Origin: an uncultured Nitrospiraceae bacterium | Lineage (GTDB): Bacteria; Nitrospirota; Thermodesulfovibrionia; Thermodesulfovibrionales; Dissulfurispiraceae | Length of the DNA stretch: 64,000 nt | Direction: 5' to 3' | Assembly: GCA_963705105.1 (NCBI GenBank) | Contig: CAVPIW010000012.1 | Location: forward strand, 192,001 to 256,000 | Part shown: positions 41,702-51,472 of the stretch, in pieces | Layout of the letters: every line of letters begins with the position of its first letter | How positions within the stretch are numbered: position 1 is the first letter of the stretch | Program-made: the position numbers and the translations under genes | The notes under the pieces: model-generated | The model's database searches: none | Told to the model about the DNA's origin: nothing | What the model saw: only the letters and a program-made list of their open reading frames with translations

Positions 41702-42154
41702 TCAGCCCTTTCGGCCGCTCCGGACCGTCGCGATGAGGAGCAGGATAATGCCGACGGTCAGGGCCGAGTCGGCGACGTTGAAGGCAGGCCAGTGGACGGA
41801 ACCTGCAAAGAAGTCGAGGAAATCGACGACATAGCCGAACCTCATCCTGTCGACAAGGTTTCCCGCGGCGCCGCCGAGGACAAGGGAGAGCCCAAGTCTG
41901 TTCTGTTCGTCCTTCACGACAAGAAAGGCCACAACGGCGATTGCGACGAACGACAGGGTCACAAAAAAGGCATTCCCAAGACTCTTGAACATGCCGAAGG
42001 CCGACCCCGTGTTCTCAACATACACGATGCTGAAGAAAGGGAGCACCGGGATGACGTCGGCCGGGCCCAGCGATGTCTTGATGATATGCTTTGTGATCTG
42101 GTCGAGAATCAGGATGACGAGGGATATCAGGAAGAAGGGCGAGGCCCTCTTCAT
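41702..42154 (-). CDS. lspA: Lipoprotein signal peptidase
   Basis: LDQITK, NTGSAFG, GGAAGNLVDR, VVDFLD, WPAFNVADS; overlaps the ileS stop. Confidence 0.96.
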   Translation of the reverse strand: MKRASPFFLISLVILILDQITKHIIKTSLGPADVIPVLPFFSIVYVENTGSAFGMFKSLGNAFFVTLSFVAIAVVAFLVVKDEQNRLGLSLVLGGAAGNLVDRMRFGYVVDFLDFFAGSVHWPAFNVADSALTVGIILLLIATVRSGRKG

Positions 42155-44943
42155 CTGACTGCGCTGTGGCATCGGGAGCAGACCGTCGGATGGTCTGCGG
42201 CGGCTCCCACGCTCGTGCTCCGGTTCCAGCATCGCTCGCACTTCTCACCAGGCGCCCGCTCGACGGTAATCATGAGACCGGGCACGGCGCCGCTCACGTA
42301 GGCGGCTTCGGCAGCCTGCCCCGACGGCTGCAGTTCGACGGCCGAGACGATGAAGAGGTAGGGGAGAAAATCGAGGTACTCTCCGAGGAGTCTCATGTCA
42401 TCGTCGGCAAGGCCGAGGACGAGCTTCGCCTCCAGGGAATTGCCGATGAACTTTTCCTTCCTCCTCAGTTCAAGGGCCCTGTTGGCCTCGTCCCTGATGA
42501 CGATCAGGCGCTCCCATCGCCGTTCGAGAGGCTCGTCGACGAATTCCTCCTCGACGCCAGGGAATGCCGACAGGAAGACGCTCTCCGGAGCCTGCTCCCC
42601 GCCGCTGCGCGGGATGTAGCTCCAGATCTCCTCGGCCGTGAAGGAGAGGACCGGGGCCATCAGTCCCGTCATCTTCAGGAGTATGCTGCTGAGCACCCAT
42701 TGGGCCGCCCTGCGCCTCGGGTCGTCCTTCCTGAAGGTGTAGAGCCGGTCCTTCAGGATGTCGAGGTAGAAGGAGCTCATGTCGACGATGCAGAAATTGT
42801 AGATCCCGTGGAAGACCTCGTGAAAATCGAACCGCTCGTAGGCGGCGGTGACGCGGCCGACGAGTCCCTGGAGCCGGGACAAAGCCCAGCGGTCGATTTC
42901 GAGGAGGTGCTCCCGGTAATCACCGCCGTCAAAGTCGGAGATGTTGCCGAGAAGGAACCTCGCCGTGTTTCTGATCTTGCGGTACGCCTCGGTGAGCCTG
43001 CTCAGGATCTCCTTGGACAGGCGCACGTCGTCGCGGTAATCCTCGGCCGAAACCCAGAGACGGACGATTTCGGCGCCGTTGGCCTTGATGATTTCCTGGG
43101 GTGCGATCACGTTCCCGAGGGACTTGGACATCTTCCGTCCCTGGCCGTCGACGGTGAAGCCGTGGGTGAGGACCGCGTTGTAGGGCGCCCTGCCCCTCGT
43201 GCCTACCGAGGCGAGCAGGGAGCTTTGAAACCATCCGCGGTGCTGATCGCTCCCCTCGAGGTACATCTCGCAGGGCCATGAAAGGCGGCTGTCCCGCTCG
43301 AGGACGGCGGCGTGGCTCACGCCGGAATCGAACCAGACGTCGAGGATGTCCATCTCCTTCCGCAGTGAAGAACTGCCGCAGGAAGGGCAGGTGCGGCTGT
43401 CACCGATGAGCTCCTTCAGGTCCATCCGGAACCAGACGTCGGCGCCCTGGTCTTCAACGAGCCGGGTTATCCTGTCGAAGAGGTCGCGGTCGTCGATATA
43501 GGCGCCGCAATCGTCGCATGTGACGAGCGTGATCGGCACCCCCCAGGCGCGCTGCCTCGATATGCACCAGTCGGGTCTCCGCTCGACCATGCCGTAGATC
43601 CGCTCTCTTCCCCAGGTCGGGATCCAGCCCACGCGGTCGATTTCGTCGAGGCACTTCTTCCTGAGCTCTCTCCTGTCCATCGAGATGAACCACTGCGCCG
43701 TGGCCCTGAAAATGACAGGCTTCTTGCATCTCCAGCAATGGGGATAGGAGTGGCGGATCCTGTCGACGCCGACCAGGGCCTTCCCGGTTTTCAGGGTCTC
43801 GATGATCGCGTCGTTCGCCTTGAACACGAATTGCCCCTCGAATGCGGGGACTGCCCGGGTGAACTTTCCCCTGTCATCGACGGGGGCATAGATGTCAAGG
43901 CCGTGCCTGCGCCCTGCCTCGTAGTCGTCTTCACCGTGGCCCGGGGCGATGTGGACGATCCCCGTCCCCTCGCCGACGGTGACGAACTCTTCCGTAATGA
44001 CCGGTGACTCGCGGTCGATGAAGGGATGCTTCGTCCGCAGCCCCTTGAGGTCCCGGCCCTCGATTTTCAGGACGACGTGGTCGCCGATGGGCAGGGTTTC
44101 CCTGAGGTTTGCAAGGTTCTCTTCGGCCACGATCGAGACGGCGCCGTCGCTCTCGACGGCGACATAGGTGATGTCCGGATGGACGGCCAGGGCAAGATTG
44201 GCAGGGAGTGTCCACGGCGTCGTCGTCCATATGAGGATCGAGACGCGCCTGCCCTTCAGCGCGGGAAGCTTCTCCGCCACTTCCGTCTCAAGCACATCGA
44301 ACCGCACAAAGATCGAGGGCGATTCCTTCTCTCCATATTCGACTTCCGCCTCGGCGAGGGCAGTGACACAGGAGGGGCACCAATGGACGGGTTTCTTGCC
44401 CTTGTAGACGGAACCGTTTGCGACAAAACGGAAGAACTCCCGCACGATCGACGCCTCGTACTCATAGGTCATTGTGAGGTAGGGCTTGTCCCAGTCGCCG
44501 AAGACGCCGAGGCGCCGGAACTCTTCACGCTGTATGGAGACGAATTTCGCCGCGTACTCCCTGCAGAGTTCCCTTTTCTTCGGGACGCCGACCAGTTCTT
44601 TCTTGTCGCCCAGACTTTTGTCCACCTGGAGCTCGATGGGCAGGCCGTGACAGTCCCAGCCGGGAACGTAGGGGGAGTAACAGCCGCGGAGAGACTTGAA
44701 CTTGACGATGATGTCCTTGAGGATTTTATTCAGCGCGTGGCCGATGTGGATGTTGCCGTTCGCGTAAGGCGGTCCGTCATGGAGGATGGAAACAGCGCCG
44801 CCCCTGTTCTTTTCCTGGATTTTCCCGTAGATGTTCCTCTCCTCCCAGAATTTAAGGAGCTCAGGCTCCCGCTGGCTGAGGTTCGCCTTCATCGGAAAAT
44901 CCGTCTGGGGGAGGTTCAGCGTGTCTTTGTAATCAATCGGCAT
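42151..44943 (-). CDS. ileS: Isoleucine--tRNA ligase
   Basis: HDGPPYANG.IHIGH, GWDCHGLP, EGSDQHRGWF, KMSKS, C-terminal KCERCW. Confidence 0.98.
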   Translation of the reverse strand: MPIDYKDTLNLPQTDFPMKANLSQREPELLKFWEERNIYGKIQEKNRGGAVSILHDGPPYANGNIHIGHALNKILKDIIVKFKSLRGCYSPYVPGWDCHGLPIELQVDKSLGDKKELVGVPKKRELCREYAAKFVSIQREEFRRLGVFGDWDKPYLTMTYEYEASIVREFFRFVANGSVYKGKKPVHWCPSCVTALAEAEVEYGEKESPSIFVRFDVLETEVAEKLPALKGRRVSILIWTTTPWTLPANLALAVHPDITYVAVESDGAVSIVAEENLANLRETLPIGDHVVLKIEGRDLKGLRTKHPFIDRESPVITEEFVTVGEGTGIVHIAPGHGEDDYEAGRRHGLDIYAPVDDRGKFTRAVPAFEGQFVFKANDAIIETLKTGKALVGVDRIRHSYPHCWRCKKPVIFRATAQWFISMDRRELRKKCLDEIDRVGWIPTWGRERIYGMVERRPDWCISRQRAWGVPITLVTCDDCGAYIDDRDLFDRITRLVEDQGADVWFRMDLKELIGDSRTCPSCGSSSLRKEMDILDVWFDSGVSHAAVLERDSRLSWPCEMYLEGSDQHRGWFQSSLLASVGTRGRAPYNAVLTHGFTVDGQGRKMSKSLGNVIAPQEIIKANGAEIVRLWVSAEDYRDDVRLSKEILSRLTEAYRKIRNTARFLLGNISDFDGGDYREHLLEIDRWALSRLQGLVGRVTAAYERFDFHEVFHGIYNFCIVDMSSFYLDILKDRLYTFRKDDPRRRAAQWVLSSILLKMTGLMAPVLSFTAEEIWSYIPRSGGEQAPESVFLSAFPGVEEEFVDEPLERRWERLIVIRDEANRALELRRKEKFIGNSLEAKLVLGLADDDMRLLGEYLDFLPYLFIVSAVELQPSGQAAEAAYVSGAVPGLMITVERAPGEKCERCWNRSTSVGAAADHPTVCSRCHSAVR

Positions 44944-44976
44944 AACTGAAAAATTACCACTATGAACGGCGCGAAG

Positions 44977-45378
44977 TCAAGAAATCCTCGCCTCTGCGAT
45001 CCGGGCGATGCGCTTTAGGGCGATATGGCAGATGAGGAGATAGGGGAAGGCGGGGAGGGGGACGCTGAAGAAGAGGGCGCACAGGTCATCGCCGCGCGCT
45101 TCAAGGCGGTGTCCTGTCGCCTCTATGCCGGCGACACGCCAGGACCAGCGACTGCATTCCTCGAATTGCGTGATTTCAAAAGGCAGCCAGAGTCCGACGG
45201 ACGTTCTGATCCTTCCCTTTGATCCTTTCCTGATGCGCCGGTCGGCGCATACAACGGCGCTGACCGAGGGGCCCCACAATGGCCATCGGCCGGTATCGGT
45301 TATAAGGTCCCAGACCTTGTGCAGCGGTGTTCTGATGACCCTGCCGATTTCGATATGGGGAAATCGTATAGCGATCAA
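44977..45378 (-). CDS. SRPBCC-family protein
   Basis: VWDLITDT.RWP.WGPSV, W.WRVAG..ATGHR. Confidence 0.8.
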   Translation of the reverse strand: MIAIRFPHIEIGRVIRTPLHKVWDLITDTGRWPLWGPSVSAVVCADRRIRKGSKGRIRTSVGLWLPFEITQFEECSRWSWRVAGIEATGHRLEARGDDLCALFFSVPLPAFPYLLICHIALKRIARIAEARIS

Positions 45379-45385
45379 CGGTCAT

Positions 45386-45655
45386 TCATGACAGGAGGAC
45401 GTCCCGCGCCTTTGCCCAGTATGCCCGGCGCCTGTCGAGGCCCTTTCTTCCGCCGTTGATGATCAACGATATCCTGACGAAGTCTTCATTATCGTTGTCG
45501 CCGTTACCGTCAGCATCGCGATGTTGAATCTCTCCATTGAGTTGTTCAGCGCCTTCACCCAGAGATGAATCGTGGCAGCCCGGTATGATCTCCTTCAATT
45601 GCTCTTCCGTGACTATGGTCATTGTATACCTCATCTTCGCATCTTTGATGTCCAA
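45386..45655 (-). pseudogene. Probable internally deleted GH19 (chitinase/lysozyme-like) gene
   Basis: N-terminal VTEEQLKEIIPG and C-terminal DF..IS..INGG.KGL..R..YW.KA..VL resemble the two ends of phage-type GH19 proteins; the catalytic core is absent. Confidence 0.5.
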
Positions 45656-46000
45656 TTATAGCCCCATCCTCAACGGGGCGCAAGAGAACAATGGTGTCGG
45701 CATTTCGTTATGGCTGCTGTTCGCCATGAACTACTTCACAGGAGTGGGTATGACGCGGGCATTCAGGCAAGTTGCGGTATTTTATCCGAAAGAAACGCTT
45801 TTTCGGTCAGCCTCGAGCGAAAGGCTTCAGCCACAAGCACGCGCTCCGTACTGTTTCTCTTGGATGAAGATTTCCGCTACTACTCATGTAAAACCTTGTC
45901 ACGAACAGGGTCCGATCTGACTGAAACGATAGCAGGTTCATTTGGCAGGGGTGAAGACCCGGTACCTTTTTCGCTCTTATTCAGCGGATATTACACAAAA

Positions 46001-46396
46001 TCAATGTGACGTCCTCCTTGTCCAAATCATGACTAACACTATCAAAGTCCAACCAGCTCTGTGCAGTGAGCTACTAATCAGATATAGCAGTTGGTAAAAA
46101 TCAACAGCACTGCCTTCATTCTTAAAGGCTGTGACAGGAAAATAGAAGGGTATTAAAGAAATAGCCATGGCCCAAAATATTATCACAGTTATAAATGCTA
46201 TTTTTCTTAACGAATCAACATTTCGCCCGCTAAGTCGTGATCCTACAATCACAACTATCCAGAATGAAATGCTGGGGTATACTACTGTTGTTAGCTTCAT
46301 GAAGGCTTTGTCTGTAATATTGTGGATAATTTGTTCGAGTAGAAAAAAAAGAAAAATACTCAGAGAGAAATATATGATCTTTTCTTTTTCTGTCAT
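46001..46396 (-). CDS. Membrane protein, candidate immunity protein for Rhs tip 1
   Basis: AT-rich, about 4 transmembrane segments; ATG 46396 follows the reconstructed toxin stop (46398-46400) after a single base. Confidence 0.7.
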   Translation of the reverse strand: MTEKEKIIYFSLSIFLFFLLEQIIHNITDKAFMKLTTVVYPSISFWIVVIVGSRLSGRNVDSLRKIAFITVIIFWAMAISLIPFYFPVTAFKNEGSAVDFYQLLYLISSSLHRAGWTLIVLVMIWTRRTSH

Positions 46397-46579
46397 CTTA
46401 CCAAATACCTTTACATGATTCTGGTACGAAAAACAATAACGGAAGACCATTGCATCTGCCATAACATTCTACATGCGCCGTTTTTCTACAATTGAGCTGA
46501 GCATTTCCTTTCTTCGAACTACAATGTCTCTTGTCAAATTCAATCAAACAACCCCTTACACAATTAGCGGTCCAACTAG

Positions 46580-47950
46580 GAGGTCATGTCAATAGGTGTG
46601 TAAAAAGCCATCAGGCGGCGAACCTTTCGACAGACTCTTCCTGCTCGACGGCAATGCCGTCTGTGAAGAGTTTCCCCTCGTGGACATCCCTCAGTAACCA
46701 ATATCCCTTGAGCCTGCGGAATCTCTTCTCAGCGACTCCCAGCAACTTCCAGATCATCGCCGTCGCGTTTTGGACTTTCCTATACCGCTTCGCCGCATCC
46801 GTTCTCAAACGCACCGCGCTGAACGGTGACTCCACCACATTGGTCGTCCTGATATGCACCCAGTGCTCTTTCGGCAATGAATAGAACGTCACCATTCGCT
46901 CCCAATCTCTCCTCAGGGTCTCCGTCGCCTTCGGAAAATCCCTCCCATACCGGCTGATAAAGCTGTCCCTGAGCCTCTCACACTCTGCCTGCGTCTCTGC
47001 ATAGGGGATCTTGGTGAGATACTCGCCTGCCTCGGCACGTATCCTCTTGGGCATCGCATCCAGCACGTTGGTTATCTTATGGTTCCAACACCTCTGCTCC
47101 TTGCCCTCGGGATGAAGCTCTCCCAACGCTGACCATATCCCCAAATGACCATCGGCAACCGTCAATGTGCCCAGCTTCAGTCCCCGAGCGGTCAGATCCC
47201 TCAGGACCCCTGCCCAGGATTCCTTGCTCTCCCGATACCCGCTCTCGCAGGCCAGCAGGATCTTTTCCCCCGTAACCAACGCCCCGATGATCACCAGCAA
47301 TGCTGCTTTGTCTTTCTCCAACCCGGCCTTCACGTATATCCCGTCCGCCCACTGATAGACGACCTCAAGCCCGGAAAGATCCCGAGCCTTCCACTCGTCG
47401 TATTCGCACTGCCATTTGCCCTTCAGCCGCTGGATCGACGAGGACGACAGCGGCGCCCCTTCTCCCAATAACCCCCGAAGCGCTAAATCAAAATCCCCCT
47501 GCGCCAGTCCGTGGAGATACAATTCCGGCAGTAACTGCCCCACTTCTTTTGACCGACGTATGAATAACGGCAGGACCTTGCTCTCAAATCGCTCCTCCGC
47601 TCCCCGCACACGGGGCCGTCGGACCGTGATCGTCCCGTTCATCAGCGTGAACTTCTTCCCCTTCCCGTGTCCGTTCCAATACCCCCGCTTGCTATCCACC
47701 TTCTTGATCCTCTCGGATTTCTTCCTCCCTAAAAAGATCTCGACTTCCTCTTCCAGTATGTCTTGAATGTATTCCTGGACTCTCTGCCGAACTATCCCTT
47801 CCAATGCCTCGTACGTCGCCCTTGACGGCTCAACTGCCTCGGTGATACTCTTGTCCATGGTGGTGTCTCCTTTCTCTTTGTTGATTCCAGGTCAACTGAT
47901 TAAGGATACACCGCCTTCTCACTCATTTACACACTTTTTGATCTTACCTC
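46580..47950 (-). mobile_element. IS256-family insertion sequence, copy 1 (1371 bp)
   Basis: Imperfect 25-bp terminal IRs GAGGTCATGTCAATAGGTGTGTAAA / TTTACACACTTTTTGATCTTACCTC; 9-bp target duplication TCCAACTAG (46571-46579 and 47951-47959). Confidence 0.95.
46611..47858 (-). CDS. IS256-family (Mutator-type DDE) transposase
   Basis: LYLHGL, WADGIY, ESKESW, DL..RGL, VADG, QRCWNH, IRTTNVVES. Confidence 0.95.
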   Translation of the reverse strand: MDKSITEAVEPSRATYEALEGIVRQRVQEYIQDILEEEVEIFLGRKKSERIKKVDSKRGYWNGHGKGKKFTLMNGTITVRRPRVRGAEERFESKVLPLFIRRSKEVGQLLPELYLHGLAQGDFDLALRGLLGEGAPLSSSSIQRLKGKWQCEYDEWKARDLSGLEVVYQWADGIYVKAGLEKDKAALLVIIGALVTGEKILLACESGYRESKESWAGVLRDLTARGLKLGTLTVADGHLGIWSALGELHPEGKEQRCWNHKITNVLDAMPKRIRAEAGEYLTKIPYAETQAECERLRDSFISRYGRDFPKATETLRRDWERMVTFYSLPKEHWVHIRTTNVVESPFSAVRLRTDAAKRYRKVQNATAMIWKLLGVAEKRFRRLKGYWLLRDVHEGKLFTDGIAVEQEESVERFAA

Positions 47951-48773
47951 TCCAACTAGACCCAAAATCTCTACAACATTGATATGCATTACAAGCGTAT
48001 TTGTCTTTTTCTCCACATTGGTTATCTTTTTGCATCGGTCCATATAATACTGACATCCACTTGGGGGGAGATGCACGAAAGGTGAGAGGCCTGTTAGATC
48101 TGCAGTTTCTATCGGATTATTTCGGACGTATGAATACAGGTGATTGGTTCCTTCCTGAATGCCTATCGGATCCTTCTCAATATACCTCCCCATCTCCGCC
48201 TTATACTCCCTGTGCCAATTCTGGTGGAGCCTTGTTTCTTGGTCATAGTATTGGCCGGGGAATCGGAGGTTGTTGGTTTCGGTGCCAGAGATCGACATCG
48301 GCTCTCCGAAGGGCATGAACTCACCTTCCCACACCTTGGCGCCGTTGGTGTCCGTCATGATCATTGGCGTGCTGAGATGATCGGCGTGGTAGTATGACAG
48401 GCTGTCTCCTTCGATCTTGCCGATGAGATGTCCGTTCATATACACATACTCCGTTGTGATCGTCCCGACTGCCGTGGATTCTGCGATGAGGTTGCCCTGC
48501 AGGTCATAGTGGTACAGAGTAGTCTGCTCGCCAACCGTATTCTTCACCCTCTGCCCCTTCACATTGTAAACATATTCACCGAGTACGTTTGTTCCTTCCA
48601 TCGCCCTGATCAGTCGCTGGTTCTGATTATAGACGAACTCCCTCTGGTTTTCCATGAAGGTGTTTCCGTTGTTATCGTACGCAAAGGCAAATGAATTCGC
48701 TCCCGTGGATGAGATGAGCTTGTTGGCAGTATGCAGTATAAGCTCGAGAAAAATGATTGACTCCCTATAGATG

Positions 48774-48801
48774 TACAGATATTAAGCAGAATCTGTATAA
48801 T
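48774..48801 (+). promoter_or_regulatory. Putative TA operator overlapping a -10 box
   Basis: Inverted repeat TACAGAT-N10-ATCTGTA overlaps TATAAT (48796-48801), which ends 5 nt before the brnT ATG. Confidence 0.55.
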
Positions 48802-48806
48802 AAAGT

Positions 48807-49082
48807 ATGATATTCGAGTGGGACGAGCGTAAGAATTCTGCAAACAAAGACAAGCACGGCATTGATTTCGAAACCGCAAAAGCACTTTGGCTCGATGACA
48901 ACAGGATAGAGATCGAGGCGCCGCACCCTATCGAAGAGAGAAGAATCGTTATCGCACGTCTCCACGGAAAGCTCTGGACTGCCGTGTATACTGTTCGGGG
49001 CGAGTCAACAATGAGACTTATTTCCGTGAGGCGTTCGAGGCAGAAGGAGGTTGCGTTATATGAAGAAGAAAGGGCTTGCTAA
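48807..49082 (+). CDS. brnT: BrnT-family toxin
   Basis: FEWDE.K...N..KHGIDF..A, EER, RLISVRR. Confidence 0.92.
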   Translation: MIFEWDERKNSANKDKHGIDFETAKALWLDDNRIEIEAPHPIEERRIVIARLHGKLWTAVYTVRGESTMRLISVRRSRQKEVALYEEERAC

Positions 49083-49326
49083 GAGCGCAAGGGAGTTCGA
49101 CCGGCGTTTCGACGCGGGCGAGGATATTCATGATCTGATTGACATGGAGAAGGCGAAGGTCATACGTCAGGCGAAAAAAGTCCGGCTGACGATTGACGTC
49201 GCCGAGTCTCTGGTCAACGAACTCGATGAGATACGCCAGAAGATCGGGGTGGACAGAGGCGCACTGATAAAGGTCTGGCTGCATGAACGGGTGATGCAGG
49301 AAAAGGCCGCAAGAGGAGCGCGATGA
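49060..49326 (+). CDS. BrnA/CopG-like antitoxin
   Basis: AREFDRRFD.GEDI, C-terminal ribbon-helix-helix-like segment (RLTIDV...LD.....GV.R.ALIKVWL.ER); overlaps brnT. Confidence 0.85.
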   Translation: MKKKGLAKSAREFDRRFDAGEDIHDLIDMEKAKVIRQAKKVRLTIDVAESLVNELDEIRQKIGVDRGALIKVWLHERVMQEKAARGAR

Positions 49327-49433
49327 GAAACGATTTGCTGGGGGACGGGACGGACGACTCACATCAAGCCGATTCTTGCTCATGAGTGGCACTTCATGCC
49401 GCTCACAGTTCAGAATGGCGGCTATATTGGAAT

Positions 49434-50804
49434 GAGGTCATGTCAATAGGTGTGTAAAAAGCCATTAGGCGGCGATCCTTTCGACAGACTCTTCCTGCTC
49501 GACGGCAATGCCGTCTGTGAAGTGTTTCCCCTCGTAGACATCCCTCAGTAACCAATATCCCTTGAGCCTGCGGAATCTCTTCTCAGCGACTCCCAGCAAC
49601 TTCCAGATCATTGCCGTCGCATTTTGGACTTTCCTATACCGCTTCGCCGCATCCGTTCTCAAACGCACCGCGCTGAACGGTGACTCCACCACATTGGTCG
49701 TCCTGATATGGACCCAGTGCTCTTTCGGCAATGAATAGAACGTCACCATTCGCTCCCAATCTCTCCTCAGGGTCTCCGTCGCCTTCGGAAAGTCCTTCCC
49801 ATATCGGCTGACAAAGCTGTCCCTGAGCCTCTCACACTCTGCCTGCGTCTCTGCATAGGGGATCCTGGTGAGATACTCGCCCGCCTCGGCACGTATCCTC
49901 TTGGGCATCGCATCCAGCACGTTGGTTATCTTATGGTTCCAGCACCGCTGCTCTTTGCCCTCGGGATGAAGCTCGCCCAATGCTGACCATATCCCCAAAT
50001 GGCCATCGGCAACCGTCACTGTGCCCAGCTTCAGTCCCCGAGCGGTCAGATCCCGCAGGACCGCTGCCCAGGATTCCTTGCTCTCCCGATATCCGCTCTC
50101 GCAGGCCAACAGGATCTTTTCCCCCGTAACCAACGCCCCGATGATCACCAGCAATGCTGCTTTGTCTTTCTCCAACCCGGCCTTCACGTATATCCCGTCC
50201 GCCCACTGATAGACGACCTCAAGCCCGGAAAGATCCCGAGCCTTCCACTCGTTGTACTCGCACTGCCACTTGCCCTTCAGCCGCTGGATCGACGAGGATG
50301 ACAGCGGCGCCCCTTCTCCCAATAACCCCCGGAGCGCTAAATCAAAATCCCCCTGCGCCAGTCCGTGGAGATACAGTTCCGGCAGGAGCTGCCCCACTTC
50401 TTTGGACCGACGCGTGAAAAAAGGCAGCACCTTGCTCTCAAATCTCTCCTCCGCCCCCCGCACACGGGGCCGCCGGACCGTGATCGTCCCGTTCATCAGC
50501 GTGAACTTCTTCCCCTTCCCGTGTCCGTTCCAATACCCCGGGGTGCCGTCCACCTTCTTGATCCTCTCGGATTTCTTCCTCCCCAAAAATATCTCGACTT
50601 CTTCTTCCAGTATGTCCTGAATGTACTCCTGTACTTTCAGCCGAACTATGCTTTCCAATGCCACGTATGTCGCCCTTGACGGCTCAACTGCCTCGGTGAT
50701 ACTCTTGTCCATGGTGGTGTCTCCTTTTTCTTCGTTGATTCCAGGTCAACTGATTAAGGATACACCGCCTTCTCACTCATTTACACACTTTTTGATCTTA
50801 CCTC
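49434..50804 (-). mobile_element. IS256-family insertion sequence, copy 2 (1371 bp)
   Basis: Same termini as copy 1; 8-bp target duplication ATTGGAAT (49426-49433 and 50805-50812). Confidence 0.95.
49465..50712 (-). CDS. IS256-family transposase
   Basis: 415 aa; about 18 residues differ from copy 1 by manual comparison. Confidence 0.95.
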   Translation of the reverse strand: MDKSITEAVEPSRATYVALESIVRLKVQEYIQDILEEEVEIFLGRKKSERIKKVDGTPGYWNGHGKGKKFTLMNGTITVRRPRVRGAEERFESKVLPFFTRRSKEVGQLLPELYLHGLAQGDFDLALRGLLGEGAPLSSSSIQRLKGKWQCEYNEWKARDLSGLEVVYQWADGIYVKAGLEKDKAALLVIIGALVTGEKILLACESGYRESKESWAAVLRDLTARGLKLGTVTVADGHLGIWSALGELHPEGKEQRCWNHKITNVLDAMPKRIRAEAGEYLTRIPYAETQAECERLRDSFVSRYGKDFPKATETLRRDWERMVTFYSLPKEHWVHIRTTNVVESPFSAVRLRTDAAKRYRKVQNATAMIWKLLGVAEKRFRRLKGYWLLRDVYEGKHFTDGIAVEQEESVERIAA

Positions 50805-51013
50805 ATTGGAATGTCACACTAGTTTACTGATGGAAGTACGGACACCCGGGCACGGAAGCTTTCTGCAGGAAACATTGCTTTTGTCGCGACGGTCTCTCAC
50901 TGTCAACTCTCGGAAGGAAGAGACGAAATGCTTTGATACTCAAGAGCGAGGACCTGTTCCCTAATGTTCCTTTCATGCTCCTTCGTCTTATCAAGAACCC
51001 CGCTATTCTTGCG

Positions 51014-51250
51014 GCCTACAACTATGCGAACGGTCAACCCATTAATAATAAAGACCCTCTTGGGTTATCAGCGTGTGATAGTTGTGATTTGCTGTGTACC
51101 ATTGGCGGTGGCGTAAGTTGTACCATATTGTGTGCTGCTGGCACAGGGCCTGGGCTCTTCATGTGTGATATTGCGTGTAATTTGTATATGTGGCCAGTCT
51201 GTAAAGGAATTTGTACTGCGACATGCAAGGAAGAGAAAGAATGCAAATAA
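51014..51250 (+). pseudogene. Orphan Rhs C-terminal tip 2 (Cys-rich, bacteriocin-like)
   Basis: YNYANGQPINNKDPLGL core-end motif followed by 60 aa with 11 Cys; no Rhs core upstream. Confidence 0.8.
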
Positions 51251-51447
51251 TGATAAAAGATGATCGTACAAGAACAATAATCAGGAAAATTGCATTTCTC
51301 TTGTTTTCAATCGGGACTGCTTTAGTCATTTCCCAGAGCCTTGACTTCTTCCACTTGAAGAAAATAAGTGTGGCTTCACTTATTGGGGGCATCATGCTTC
51401 TCTCGATCTCTCTTTTGTTACATACGATAAGCAAGAAAGTGAATTAG
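51250..51447 (+). CDS. Small two-helix membrane protein, candidate immunity for tip 2
   Basis: TAATG overlap with the tip stop; two hydrophobic helices; AT-rich. Confidence 0.65.
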   Translation: MIKDDRTRTIIRKIAFLLFSIGTALVISQSLDFFHLKKISVASLIGGIMLLSISLLLHTISKKVN

Positions 51448-51472
51448 TGCTGAAACACTGAAACGCGCTGAG

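Larger units (their letters stand above)
46398..48730 (-). pseudogene. Rhs core plus Cys-rich C-terminal tip; 5'-truncated, frameshifted and interrupted by an IS
   Basis: YD repeats, YYHADHL.TP, NNLRFPGQYYDQET, HREY....GRYIEKDPIG, NNP....DLTGL; the tip continues past IS 46580-47950 in a shifted frame. Confidence 0.85.

Noticed and set aside
46580..50804. Composite transposon carrying Rhs and brnTA
   Set aside because: Each IS has its own distinct target duplication, so they inserted separately
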